NCBI GenBank assembly: GCA_900617105.1
Contig: UYFQ01000463.1
Span: 1 to 44,065, forward strand
Reading direction: 5' to 3'
From: Hydrurus foetidus
Taxonomy: Eukaryota
Length of the DNA: 44,065 nt
Below are positions 21,244-35,600 of the stretch, one piece after another (the stretch's first letter is position 1; the number at the start of each line of letters is the position of its first letter). A program made the position numbers and the translations under genes. The notes below the pieces were generated by a model. That model did no database searches. It was not told the DNA's origin and saw only the letters and a program-made list of their open reading frames with translations.

Positions 21244-23549
21244 CTAACAGTGGCCGATTGACTGTGGACGGTTCTTGTCTGCATAGGACCGCATACTAGA
21301 CTCCTCCGGGGGTATGTTGTTTGAGTGCAAGTTAGCGAAGCAGTGTGCAGGGTTGGAGTAAGACGTTGCAGCGGTGTTAGGACTGCTAGTAGAGGGCTGT
21401 CCTCCATAGTGAGGGGTGAAGGCGTTTTTATTCCCCTCCCTGTATCCCTGAGATTGGGACTGAGAGTACGTGGATCCAGCGCTCATTCCGCTGCCGCTAT
21501 TATTATCAAGTTTAGCTCTCGATTTAGCGTACTGTTCTCTCAAGGCGTTTTGTCCGTACATACTCGTCAGTCCTCCGTTCAAAACAGATGACGTAGGTAT
21601 GCGATATCCTTCTTGTTTCATCACCGGCGGTCCATTGTACACCTTTGAGTCGTACACTGTGTCCACTTGCTGGAAGCTGCTGTCCACATGACCAGGCCCG
21701 CACAAGCGACTGCCAAGTGCCCGTATAGAACTGCCAAATCCGGTGGATTTCGGCTTGACAAGCGGAACACTTGGATGAATGTTCGCCTGAACCTGAGGCA
21801 TGACGTACTGCTGTTGTCCAGGATAGTGGTGCTGTTTGTTCCCTTCAAAGGAATGTGCTGTTGAGAATCCGCAGCAGATGCCATTGGTGTTCTGCGCGTA
21901 CGCACTCGTGTTGCTGTTCCTTGGTGTGTCATCGTTAGAACAGATCCCAGGTCTGGATGGAATGCACCCACTGGGAAGATAACCGTACACAGAAGGTTTC
22001 TTGGACTCCTCTATCTCAATGAAGTCCATCTCTGTGTCGTCTGACATCCAGTCATCGAATATGCTCTCGTCAAAGTCGATGAACTGCCCAGCATTGTTGA
22101 TTGTGGATACGACTGGTCCGTCATTAAAGCTGCTTCTGTTCGCAGGAGTGGCGTCATCGGAATCTTCGTAGCTCACCGCCATCACGTCATCGGAGGAAAT
22201 GATGCTCCCCACACCCATGCCGTCACTACTGCTACCGGTGAGAACCCTCACGGCACCAATGTATTCTTGCTGACGTACCGGCTCCGTCTGAATGATAGGA
22301 TGGGTGGTGCGAGGGATAGGATCGTTCCTCGGAATGTTTGACAGTGCGATGCGGTCGAAGAGTTCGGGAGTGATTGGCATGTCAAAATCTGCGTCATTCG
22401 TCAGGCCGACTTGGCGATACTCTGCCGAAGATTGCTGCACAGAGCTGTTGGATGCAGGGCGGGGATAGTAGGGCGTTCCTGACGATGGTACCTGAAACGA
22501 AGCTGTAAACTGCTGCATTGTGCGTTGCTGCTGCTGCATGTGCTGTAGGTTGATCTGCTGCTGTTGCTGCTGCTGCATCCTCACCATGTGGAGTTGCAAA
22601 AATTGCTCTTGTTGGAACATTTGTTGTTGCTTTTGATGTTGTAGGTACTGCTGTTGCTGTTGCTGTTGAGATCCGAGATCGACCCTCTGGTATTTGCTCG
22701 AGACATTCATGCCATTAGGAGGCGAGTGGCTCCTCGTTCCCAATGGGGAAAATTTGGAATTCGCTGTGCCTGATGGTAGCACATAGACGGACTCACCACG
22801 ACGCATCACATCAGCGTGATCTGCACTTGTGGCGTGCACATTTGATATTTTAGATGTGTTAGCTGGTTTTTCTGCAGCTGGTGTTTTGGTGTCGTGAATG
22901 TGCAGTGCCTCATATAGGGATATCTCACGAGGAGCGGACCCTGCAGCTGTGGCTGCTGCGATGAGGAGAGAGTGGTTACGACACGCTGCATTGAATCTGT
23001 TCTTTATTGCATTATCCGTCCGCCCGGGAAGTGCTTTAGTTATCTGTGAAGTTTGACAACATAAGCGATTTACCAACAGATTTGGCGAGGGTTTCAATGG
23101 ATACAATAAAATTACCTTCGCCCAATGGTTGCCGATTTCTTTCTGCATGGTGAACAGCACTCTGTCTTCCTGTGATGAGACGATCATTTATGTATCCACC
23201 GACAATTTGAGTCCGTCGATTTCTTTTGGGTGATGTTGAATTGAAAGTTGAAGTACCTCCAACGTCCACTCGCCCTTATTGACTGCAGGATCCAAATGGT
23301 TGTACCATCTCTCTCTACATTGTTTGCCATTTCTTTCAATGAAAACTTCACCAATTTTCGTCCATCCCATTCCATGCACGGCGACCAGTTCTTTCAGTTT
23401 CTCGTCCTGTTCAGCGGTCCAAATTTCTGACGCAGAGTGAATTTCAAGCGTAAGTTACTTCGTGGATTATCGGTTAGTGATCCATTTTTCTTCGTACTTT
23501 TGATGTTATTACGAGTTTTTTCAGACTGATTGTCATTATCATCCGCCAT
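21244..23549 (-). CDS. Two-repeat (R2R3-like) MYB transcription factor with poly-Q region, 4 exons
   Basis: Exons about 23549-23498, 23426-23257, 23169-23116 and 23043-21244, joined by GT-AG introns. They give WTAEQDEKL...RNGKQCRERWYNHLDPAVNKGEWTLEEDRVL...[24 protein letters not shown]. Confidence 0.92.
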
Positions 23550-24055
23550 CTACCCCAACTTCGGCGCTTCGACGAAAAATTCAGGGAAGAACTCTCCGGC
23601 TAGAAGAAATCGCAATTGTCGCCATTGAAGATGTTTTTTCGTAAACGCATGTTGACGGCAGTCAGAGTAAGCGATTCCGGCCGAGATAAAGTTCAGATGA
23701 AATCGATCATCAACACTAGGCGAATGGCAAAATTTTACGGCGCCACAATTGCCTCTAGGATGGTCGCGTCAATGTTCATACTACGCAATTGACAAACGAT
23801 GTTTCTGCAACACTGCGGGCTCGTCTTCTTACGACTTCTGATCCCAACAACACCTTGGCATGGAAATTTCCCCGGATGTGACTCGACGACTCGACGCTCG
23901 TTGGGACTCATCCAAAATTTCAACCTTTTGTCTCCAGCCTTCTTTCCCCAATGCCTGAATATCACTCGGACTCGGATTTGAGGACTGGAATTTTGGAATA
24001 TTTCCGAATCGTGCGTGTATTACCAGGACAGAATAAATTGTCAAAAACTACAACC

Positions 24056-24127
24056 TTCCCGCCGTCAGGCGGGAATTTCCCGCCATCGGCGGGAAATGAA
24101 ACCTACCCCCCACTTCAATTTTCCCGC
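24056..24127. repeat. Cluster of TTCCCGCC motifs in two adjacent palindromes
   Basis: ttcccgcc-gtca-ggcgggaa (24056-24075), tttcccgcc-atc-ggcgggaaa (24076-24096), ttttcccgc (24119-24127); a related copy lies at 25561-25573. Confidence 0.8.
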
Positions 24128-24814
24128 TAAGAATTTTGATATTACCCCTAATTTTCGAAGTTCGGAAACTGATTTTCATGTCAAGTTTCCTGATGCCTGA
24201 CGCTGCTGCCAGCTCAGTTCTCTCGGCGTCATTCACATCTTCAAGTACTACTCAGGTAGAGAACACGTCAAAGATACAAATTCAGTCCCTCTGAGTCAGG
24301 AATTCGCGTTTCTCGACGAATATCTTCCTCTGCTGATGTAGAGGTCGCTTTCAAGTGCTCCAAATTGACTTACTTCAGGCCCGGAAGGTGACAATGAATT
24401 CCATGGTATGAAAATCAACCAAGAAAACAAGAATTTACTTCAACTACCATCAGAAACTGACTCACTACTTCAACAGATGATCGGAAACCAGCTGTCAATC
24501 GTCAGCCAATTGTTCTTCCATCACCGACCGACTGCGAAAATTTTTCTTCTTCGGCGGCGAGCCAAGCCCAATCATAGCAGCATCATCGGCAATATATATT
24601 ACACAACGACACCAAAACAGCCATTTAAATCTGTTGTTATAACAACTTTCCCAAACTGGAACAACAATCTTCGGCGCCCACTGCGCCCTCGGCAACAGCA
24701 GCTCAGAGACGGCACAGCTTTTCGGCGATCACCTTTCTCAGTCGGAGCAGTTGCACAGCGGTGGCCGATCAGAAAGGACTTTCATTACCAAATTGTAATA
24801 ACATTTCTTCAACA

Positions 24815-25160
24815 GCAGAGCGACGGCAACAGCAGCAGCAGCAGCAGCAGTATTTCACATTGCTACTTAACTTCTAACCGCCATGGCATATTACTTAACT
24901 ACTTCGACTCAGTTGTTTTAACAACTTCTCCACCGCTGGAATCACTGTCCCTCGCGACCTCGATCACAGCAGCGGCTCGTCAGCCGCAGAGCGACGGCAA
25001 CAGCAGCAGCAGCAGCAGTATTTCACATAGCTACTTAACTTCTAACCGCCATGGAATATTACGTAACTACTTCGACTCAGTTGTTTTAACAACTTCTCCA
25101 CCGCTGGAACCACTGTCCCACGTGACCTCATTCACAGCAGCGGCTCGTCAGCAGCAGAGC
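24815..25160. repeat. Tandem duplication with ~170-bp unit (plus a diverged copy near 24570-24720)
   Basis: Units start at 24815, 24986 and 25154 (periods 171 and 168, differing by one AGC triplet); followed by (TCAC)n at about 25205-25249. Confidence 0.9.
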
Positions 25161-25236
25161 ACACTGGCATTTCAAGCAAGCAACGGGAGCAACTTCTGTT
25201 TCTCTCACTCACTCACTCACTCACAGTGTCACTCAC

Positions 25237-25458
25237 TCACTCACTCACTTCCCTGAACAGCTTCTCACTGCATAGCTCCTCCTGTGTTAGTCGCTCTGAC
25301 GATGCTGACCCAGTCGAATTTAGGCCCAAACTTTTGGTCAAATAGAATGCATCTAGGTGCTTCATTGCCGCACTCTTTCCCTTAACGGTCGATTTTGCAG
25401 AACCTCCGGATGCAAGTTGAGCATACTCCATCGCTAAAGATTTTCTTGAGATCGACAA
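25237..25458 (-). pseudogene. Possible N-terminal fragment of a Crypton-like tyrosine recombinase
   Basis: AKSTVKGKSAAMKHLDAF...EELCSEKLFRE loosely resembles a recombinase core-binding N-terminus. It is cut off at the TCAC microsatellite and no catalytic residues are seen. Confidence 0.25.
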
Positions 25459-26671
25459 TTGTGTGTTGTGGTGATATCAAATGTCCTTGTTATACTCAAT
25501 GCACTAGAGAGGTCGTTTACAGTGACGCCCTGTGTGACGTGTGCTGCTGTGCCCTCAGAAATTTCCCGCCATCCCTATGGGGAAAGGTGGGAAGCCGATG
25601 GGTTTTCCTTCAAAAACGAAGAACGAAAAGAGAGGTTTGAGCACTGTTGAAATCACCATTTCCACCTTGGATTCGCTCATTTTCATCGGACATTTTATTC
25701 TGTCCCAGTAATACCTCGCTTTTTCAAAACCGAGATACAAAACTTCATGATCAGATGTCTACACTCCTAGATAACGAAGAATCGAGATTCCGTGTTTTCG
25801 TTACTTCTCTTCCTCAACACCTTAAAGAAGTGATCTCGCAATTCAATCAGGTGAAGCCGGATTATTCGATCTCTAGACCAATTGACTCGATTAGAAAGAT
25901 TAAAAGAAGGGGTTGAAATTCATGCTAACCTGAGACCGTTCCTCACCGCATGTGTTTCTAGTTCTAAGAAATCTTTTCAAACAGATCTATATTTCTAGAA
26001 CTACTCAAAGATCCAGAATAACTCAAGTTCCGAGAAAGTGAGAAATTCAAGGAATTTCTACAAAACGAAAACCCTGAACTTATGCTGTAAGGAACAGCCT
26101 TATCTTTGGGCGTCTGCTAATCCATACATGTTCTTCGTTTTAAAATTGGCGTGAAGTTTTCTCTCACGATTATTTCTAACTTTTGTAGTGCAAGAAAAGT
26201 GAAAAGTCTCCATACGAATAAGAAACAACAAACTCATTTTTAGAGTGAACGGAATGACACACTTCATCTCCCCCTGCAATCATTGGTACAATCATCAGCT
26301 GTGAAAATGGGAAGGAAAGTTTTGATTCTCAATACGGAAGGAAGTTTCCCATAATGATAGCGTGCAGTCAAGGGGGGTACCGCACGTACTAGAAAGTGTG
26401 CAGTACGTGCAGTGCAGTAATTACCGTAACAATTACTACAGAAAAAAACCCGTAGAGGGAAAGAAAAGACGGTTCTGGAGGGTTCGGGGTTCGCTGCGAT
26501 CCTGATCGGATCGAGGCAACGAAGTCAAGTCGAAGTCGGAAGTATAACCTCGAGAGTCTCTATTTGAGCAGAGAGATCTTTGAGGCAGGATACATTGAGG
26601 CAAACCTCATCAGAAGCAATTCTATCGATGGATCAATCGAATGTCATCCAGTTGTTGCCGATGCCGAATCT

Positions 26672-29600
26672 ATGAAAACTGATTCACAACAAGTAACACA
26701 CCAGAAAAGCTGTTGCCACCAGTCAGGATTAGGAACGGGGATGGACAGTGCAGAGGAGTGTAAAATCTTGGGCAATGAGTCTGTGGCAGCGAAAAACTGG
26801 GAATCAGCATACAAATACTATTTGAAGGGAATTGCTCTGCTGCGACCCAGCGATGCGACTCTGAGAGTTATTTTGACTTCAAATATCTCACTTGTTCTAC
26901 TTCAATTATCTCGGCATCAAGAGGCGTTAGATCAAGCAGCAAAGTGTATGGAGCTCGATCCCAAGTTCGAGAAAGGTTACTTGCGATATGCAGCAGCCCT
27001 AGAAGCACTGAATTTAAAGGTAGCTGATTCAAGTCTTGCCGATAGCTGCCCAGTCATGAAAACGTATAGGAAAGGACTCGAAATCAATCCAGGAAGCACT
27101 TTGATAGCGGATGCGATGAAAATCAGCTTCCCACTCGTCAATGCAAATGCAATAGCACGCTCGGCAAAAACGTCATCAAAAACTAAATCTTCGAAGATGA
27201 GTAAGAAACAATTATCTGGAATAGCTCGAGCAGAGAGAGAGGCGTGTGTTTCTCTGGATATTCGGGGAGCTACAGGTCAACACGAATTGAGGGTGAATGG
27301 ACGCTATGATCCCACTGATGAGCTGAGCGGTGGTTGGCCGATTTATCGAAAGCACATAGAATTGATTCCTGGTGAAAATGATGAAGTCGATGAAGACGAC
27401 AACTTCATTTTGGAGTTTCACTCAGGACTAGATGAGTGGATGGTGAAGCATGTGTCAAGTAAGGGTTCTCACAGATCATTTGTCTTCATAAAGTGCTCGC
27501 CACCAACGAGACCTGAGCTCTGCAAAAATAGTTGCTGGCAGAGCATGGAGGATAAAAAACTGATGAACCAGTCATCTATGTCAGTATTAACAATTGACCA
27601 GAGACATGAGGAAGATGTAGCATTCTTTAAGAGGGAAAGAGATTCTTGCACAATTATTGAAGTTAGAGGTGCCACGGGAAGAAGATCCTTAGGTATAAAC
27701 GGAGTGTTCGAACCAACAGAAGACTGCTGCGGTGGTTGGCCTGTCTACAGAAAAATTGCTGATGTCGAAAGTGATAATTCAGCTGGGAAAACTAATGGAG
27801 AAACATTTAAAGACGACCAGAGTGCAGCATCTATGAGTTCAACTGCGATATCTTCGCCATCTTCTTCTTCATCATCTCCTCAGAACACTTCTGTATGGAT
27901 GGAATATAACCCGTATTTCCGTTCTTGGCAAGTGAAACCTACTCCTTGTTTAGGGTCCAATAGATCTTGGGGATACAGTAATGCCAACACCATGCACGGA
28001 ACCTTACCCCAGCTAAGCAGGTACAGCAATTACGTTGATATTATTCATTCATATAGCAGTATTTAGTCACACTGTCACAGTGTTCTTTCTTATTGTTGAG
28101 TTATGTGTTGTAAGTTGTGACTCTATTCTATTGTTCCTGTAGGGGAGTTTGGGAGGTATTAGAGGACGAGGATTTCAGACCTCAAGAATCCATATGCCTG
28201 ATGACATTAACTCAGTGGCAAATAGAGGATGAAAAACTTGCTCAATTATGGTCCAACAGTTGTTCCATAGATATAAGGGGGGCTACCGGCACCTACGGCC
28301 CAATAGTTAACGGTGTCTACGATCCTATGAGCACTTTCGTAGGAGGATACCAAAAACACACTGATCCTAAATGCATTATAGAGTATAGTAGAATGCGGAA
28401 ATTATGGCAATTGAAGTTCTCCCAGGAAGCCTGTGCCTTTGTGCCTGACGATTCGAGGTCATTACTACAGCTCTGTCCGGCAGTGTGGTACGTCATGGTG
28501 AATGGCAATTGGGAGAGGCAGCCTACAGTGAAGGTCTCATCCCTCAGCAGTCGCAGAGCTCTGGACAATGAGATGTACGGAGACAAGTTACCGGATGCCA
28601 TGCCCTTAGACGTACGTGGAGCAACTGGTGTCAACGCTTTTAAAATTAACGGAGTGTACGAGCCTATTGACGAGTTTAGCGGTGGATGGCCGGTATATCA
28701 GAGAAAAGGTGGCGTGGACTACTGGCTAGAATACAACGAGGAGCGAGGAAATTGGCAGATTAAAAGTGCGTCACATCGAGGGATGGATAGCGCGTTTGCC
28801 TACGTCGACTCCTTTCCCTCAAAATATCCCCAAAAATGTGGAGGTGTCTGGTGGGTGTATACAGGAGTGAGAGGTGCTAATTCAAACAGTGGGTGGGAAA
28901 TACAGCAGTCAGTGACGATTCTAAGCGTAGCGGACCGCACAGCAGAGGACATGAAGTCGTACGAGAAAAGAAGAACACACTGCGTGCCCCTAGACATACG
29001 GGGTGCTACAGGCCCAAGGGGAGGGGGACTAAATGGGGTGTTTGACCCCACAGATGAAATGAGAGGAGGCTGGCCTGTGTACCTCAAGAGAGATGACGGA
29101 GAGTGGTGGCTTGAGTACGATGCGTGTCCTCAGAAATGGATGATTCGCCCTACCGCCTGTAGAGGCACAACAAGAGGCAGAGCGTACATTTTATGCGACC
29201 CCCACACTAGACCCGAGAGGGCCAAGGGTGTGTGGCGCTTATCTGACGGTAAGGGTGGATGGGCACCTGAACCCACTGTGCAAGTCGTGTCAGAGGCAGA
29301 AGCTATCGCACAGGACAAGATTCTATTCGATGCCAGAAGAGCTGTTGCAGTGGAGATTGCTATCAGAGGGGCAGTCAAGCCTGTAGGACACATCAACGGT
29401 ATATACGAACCAACTGACGAAAGCTGGCACGCATGGCCTGTATACAAGAAGAAAGGATGCGACACACACTATCTCGAGTTTCACGCACCGTCTTCATCCT
29501 GGCAGGTAAGTTGGATCGATTGATATCTGAACTGACACGTTAATACCATGTGATAATGAAGACCTCACGATATTTGAGATGGTGTCGGGTGGATTACAAT

Positions 29601-32600
29601 TTATATTCGAAATTTCCTCATCGGCAGTAGTAACACATCCGAGCAGTGAAGTACTACGAGGCTTTGCTCAGCTCAGTTCCGCTCCATGCACTTTTAACTC
29701 TTAACTCACTTCAAAGAACATTTCCAAACAGAACGGAAGAGGAAATTTGACTTCAAAAATTCTCCTTTTCTTTCTTTTCCAGGTGAAGCCTGCTACAGTG
29801 CGAGGTACGAAGCGGTGCTGGGCGTACGTACATTCCGAGAACGAACATCCTGAACTGTCATCTAAGCTGTGGCTCGTGATCGTTAATGGCGAACACGCCA
29901 AACAGGTGAGAGCGCATTGCTCTGGATAGCGAACATTGTACTGTAGCGTTCGAGATGGATGGGATGGTATGGTAAAGCAGGGTACATATGTTGCTGTCGA
30001 AGTTGATGCCGTACGCGTACGTGCCGATACTCCGTCAGACCGGACAAATATAACAATTTTCTCCGTAGAAATGAATTATTCAAAACTACACAATCTTTAT
30101 TTTTATTATGTTTGCTTGAACATTTATTTGTCGTGATGCCAGTCATACAACCAATGCTATATTAATCATCTTGCCTATCTCATCATTTCTTATCTGACTG
30201 TATCTTATCTTGACTCATGTCCTATTTCCCCAAATATCATCTTATCTTGACTTACTCATTGTATGTTATCTCATTTCATCTCGTCTGGTCTCATCTTATC
30301 TCATTTTGTCTTACCTTCTTCAACCTTTTCTTTTATCATCCTTTAACAACTCATTTTTCACATCTTATTTTACATCACCTCAATTTTTGCTTCTTTTTTG
30401 ATAGGACTCAATAGCGATAACAACTCTGCAAGAACAAAGTCAAAACGACAAAGTACTCGGCAACATTCGCAGACGATCCTGCCACCCTATAAAAATAAGG
30501 GGGGCTACTGGAAAACATGCGGCTGTAATTAACGGTACGTACGAACCATCCCCCACAGAGTTATGTGGGGGCTGGCCTGTATACTACAACAATAGCACTC
30601 TTAAGGGGGAAGCCGTTAAACCATTAAAAACGGCTAAAAGCGGTGAATCAGAAACTGACGTCACAAAGTCCTTCCTGTTGTTCTGCCCCTATGCGATGTC
30701 TTGGGCTATCACTGTATTGGCCAGTGTGAACGACTCTAGAAACGACAATGACTCTTCGAATCCTGGATCTGTCTCACCTGTACCAAATCTCAACGGGAAT
30801 GTCACCGGAAACATTATTGGTAATAGCAGTGAGTACAATGCGACTGAGAATGGTGTTGATAAAAATCCGGAAAAATCGGATGCTGCTGCTGGCAGTGTTG
30901 GTGTTGAAGTTGAAGTATCCACTCCTACAAGAATATCCGCAGATCAAGATAAAGACTCGAAGCTAGCCGTAATAAAAAGCACGGTTTCAACACTACCTTT
31001 CTACACCCCTTCTTCCGCCCCGCTTACTTTGGCTTTCTTCGAAGTGTCCACTAACACTCAACCAGAGCTGGCTCACGGTGCTGCTACTTGGAAGGTACGT
31101 ACTCATTTTTCATTGATCTTATTTCTTTTTTGCTTCCTGTCTTTCAGCCATCAGAACCCCTTTTTCTTCATGTTTTTCTTCATGTACTTGAGCTTTGAAA
31201 CGTGTGATGTGGTGTGATATGATGTGATGTGATGTGGTATGATGTGATATGATATCATTTTATGTGGTGTGGTGTGATATGATGTGATATGATGTCATTT
31301 TATGTGGTGTGATATGATGTGATGTGGTGCGGCGTGATGTGATGTGATGTGATATCATTTTATGTGGTGTGGTGTGGTGTGATGTGGTGCGGCGTGATGT
31401 GATGTGATGTGATGTCATTTTATGTGGTGTGGTGTGGTGTGGTGTGATGCGACTCGATGTAATGCGGTAACGTATTTGCTATGTCCATCAGTCATACTCT
31501 TTGTTCGCTTTTGGTAGACACAGCAGAACACTTATTCACACACATTTTCTATCACTTCATTTCTTTTTCTTTCAGGTGTTGTGTGGTTCTCAATTTGAGC
31601 CCCAACTTTCCATCAAAGTCTGCGTTGCTGTTGATCCTGTTGCCTCGAAACCGGTTGTCACTCCTCCCAAAATCCCCCCTGCCAACACCAAGTACGTACA
31701 TTGCATTGCATTTTATTTAACAAAGTGCACCGCATTACATTCATCACATTGCAGAACATTAAATCATATTTCAACGTGAGAGAGAGCACATCGTTGTCTT
31801 TGTCTGCCTCACTAACTATTTCTCACGGCAGTAAATAATTGTCGTGCATGGTGCATGGTCTGAAGAAACAGTATGATTGCAGTGACGTATCACAGCTCGT
31901 TTGTCTGAACTGAAACGTGTCAGACAAATTCCAAAATATGACTTTTTCCTCCATTCTCATTAAAATTCTCACAGGCAAAAATTGAGTACTGCTCCTGTAG
32001 CGAAAAACAAAGAGAGCAATAATGGTAGGAATTTCAACGGAAGCAGCAGCAGCGGTAACGGAAATGCAGGCAACAGCAATACAAACACCAGCAATCTGTC
32101 ACAAATGAATTTAAATCAAATTGGAGTAAAAAATCAAACGGGAGATCAGAGAAGACAAAATCCTGATGCGACAGAAAGTTCTTTGTTCCTCACAAATAAA
32201 GAATCTCTAAATGAACTTTTAAAGGAACAAATGACATCCGTGTCAAAAGATGTGAAAAAAAACACCACAAATTCTTGGCAAACAAAAGGAATAATTTCAA
32301 ATTCCGAAATAGGTCCAGGGTCCGGGTTGAATTCCAGTTCAAGTTCTAGTTCAATGGCGGCAAATCGCAACAACTCATCCCCAGGGGGTAAATTGACCAC
32401 AATGAGGAGTGTGCCGGATAACATGAGTGATGATGGTGTAGGTGTGAGCAACGCGGAGGTTGAAGACGAGTGGCTGGAAGTAAAACAAAAAAGGCCAAAA
32501 GGTTCCAATAACACCCCTGCGAATTTAAATTCCAAAGGAGGTCCACAGTCCACAGTGTCTCCAGCTATAGCAGTGAAAGAGGGGAGATCAAGATCTTCCA

Positions 32601-35600
32601 GTCCTACTTCAAGTGCTGGTCAAGGGGGTGTCATGGGGGGTGGATCGGGCCATGAGACATACGTCACATCTCAAATTCAATTAGGTGTTGACGGTAAGAG
32701 AAATCAGAAAGAGGAGAGTGTTGATGGTCCTCTTCATCCTCAAGTGCCAGCAGTTACTAGCAGCGTGGTGTCGACAATGGGGTTCAAAGCAGCTGTGATG
32801 AGTGGCCAACAGGAGTCCAGTTCATTCAATCCCACCCACACGCACACACCGACACCCACACAGTCGCACACGCAAGTTGTGCCCCAGTCCTTCTCAGCAC
32901 GAGACTTTCCAGCCATGCCGTCATCCAGTGCCACTCAGAGAGCTCCGCACTCTTATATAGCACCCCATTCCTCTTCCCCGACACCTATACCAGCGGCTGT
33001 ACAACTGGTGACACCTTCAACTCCTACCGCTGTTTCTGCTGTACCTGCCCACCGTATAGATTCGACTAGTCCCTCTCTCCCAGTTGCCTCGATTACTCCT
33101 CCTCATACAGACACATCTGCTGCTACCACAACTGACACCAACGCTATCACAATTTCTACCTCAAGTACGAGCAAGAAAGCACTGAAAACGAAGAAGAAAG
33201 CGGTGAAAGTTGACACTGACATTTCCCATGATGTTCCTAAAGAACGTTCCCCCGATGTTCGGAAGGAATGTTCTGCAGAAGCATTTGTCCTTCCTACAGT
33301 GGATATATCTAATCCTATTAGCGCTGCGCACAGTACAGCGCCATTGAGAGCCGTGATAACTGGGACGGTGACGGGGACGGCAGATTTAGATCGCACCTTT
33401 ACTTCAACGTCAACTGCAGCAGTGGAGTCACAAATACCGTTGGAGCTACATGTCCCTCAGGGGATTAACAATGAGCACGCACTGCAAAACTGTGTGTACA
33501 AACCGAGCATACAATACAACATGCCACCCCTCACAGCTGTAGGCTCGTACGCCTCACACGTCACTCAATCAGCCCAGGAGGCGCACATTCATGACATGCA
33601 CGGCATGAGACCCCCCTCTCTACCTTTATCACTACCTCTGTCAATGCACCCCCCTCAACTGCATACGCACTCCAACAGAAATTTAAGTAGACAGGGCCAT
33701 CTTGGCCTTCAAGAAGATCAATCAGTGGGTGTAGGTGTGGGTGATGGATTTGACTACATGTATCAACATCCTATGGTGGATGAAGAGAATGACGACGACT
33801 TGTTCATGGCTATCAGCTCTGCCAACGCCATCGATTTCGACCCGTCTTTTACAGCCAACAATCTGGCCCGATCAGCTAGTTCTACCCTATCTCCTCTCAG
33901 TCGCAGAATAGGCAGTCGTAACGACTTGGGCATTATCCATGAATCACTACCCAGACAAGTCAACGGATCAGGTGGCATGTTACCCCCCTACGGGTCATCT
34001 ATGTTGGACCCTCCAGGCAGACCCCCACCAACACTACCACTGACGAATGCAGAAGGATTCCTAAGCGGTATTTCTTTTGATTTCTTCTCTTCACTACTGC
34101 ATCCCAGTGTACAAGACAATGGATCGTGCGGCATGATGAGGAAAGAGGGGAGTATCATGGACTTACCACATCACACCTCCGACTCCCTCCCTATCCCTAT
34201 GCAACCCAACTACCCACTGAGCATGAACATGATGGACTCGCACTCCTCCTCCTTAGAGGATATGCAGCTCAATGAGTTATCACCACTGTGCAGTGAGTAT
34301 CAATACAGAGGGACCCTCTTAAACGAAGAAATCTATACGGAGTCAGACACTCGTAACATACGATATCAAATGCCAACTCTTATTCCTATCCCGCCTACTG
34401 AGCTCAAGCCTCCCAATTGCTTCAACACCATAGATCAGCATACGTCATCCTCGATGAACATAAACATGAACGGGTACGGTAAGAGTGGGATCTTGGATTT
34501 ACCCCTGGGCTCCCCCCCGCCTCCCCCTGTATTGCTGACTGCGAGAGAACTTTCTTTGGCGACAGATAACTTCTCGACAAGCCATTTACTGAATGCAACC
34601 GATACTGCTATACTGAAGACTCTGGATGTCGGACACAGTCGAAGTAGAACATTAGCAGGGGAAGATATATTGAGAGAAAAAGAAAGGGATATTTGTATTT
34701 GTACTTTCGTGGGCACAATACGGCGGTATTCCACCTTGATAAAAATCGTTACCCCTTATTTGAATGGTGAGGTGGACACCGTTCTGCAATCTCAATATTT
34801 GAGAGAGTTACAGGTCTTGAGTGAGTTTTCTCATCCGAATATATTATCCCTTTACGGCTACACGTTCCGGCCATACGCACGTGTTTTCAGAATCCCTCCA
34901 GGGACCCCTTCTCTGGAAGCTTTCTACAGTGTGGATTGTCAAAATCACTCCCCCACAGGGATGTTTTTCCTGCACACCGTACTTTCAAGTCCTGAAAGAC
35001 GAATACGATTCACTTGGAAAATGCGCTTGCGGGTTGTTACTTGTATACTGAGAGCTCTGTCGTACTTGCATCTCGGAGACAAAGAAGCTGGGAGGTGCCC
35101 CGTTGCTCACAAGTACGTCATTCATTTCTCGCCCTTTTTTGTCGTCTGATATGACACTTTTTAAGTGATGACACATGTGCTTTGTATTGCCCAACTACGA
35201 CAGTCGATATCGTGCGTCACCTCGAGCTGCTACTACACTGCACCGCACTGCACTGCGCTTCACTGCAGATCAGCAGTACACTACATTGCACCCCCTCCTG
35301 ACATTGCTCCACTATTGTACTGTACTGCACTGCACTATCCATGAACTCAATGCACCTCTCTCATGCACTCTTCCGTACGAATCGTTCCACTTCCTCAGCA
35401 ATGTCCATGTGGGTACGATTGCGCTGTCTAGCTTGGAGGGGGACGCTTTGCTCACAGATTTCAGTTTCTCAACGGACATCTTCACGCACAACATTGATTC
35501 CGATAATGGAGATTATCGCACAGAAACGGAAGAAGATATTTTCTCCGCTGGCACTGTTATGCTTCAATTATTGACAGGGCAACATGATACTAATCACAGG

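Noticed and set aside
24408..25256. 282-aa ORF
   Set aside because: Runs through tandem and microsatellite repeats; no recognisable domain.
25647..26100. Protein-like fragments on the plus strand
   Set aside because: Interrupted by stops and no family recognised.
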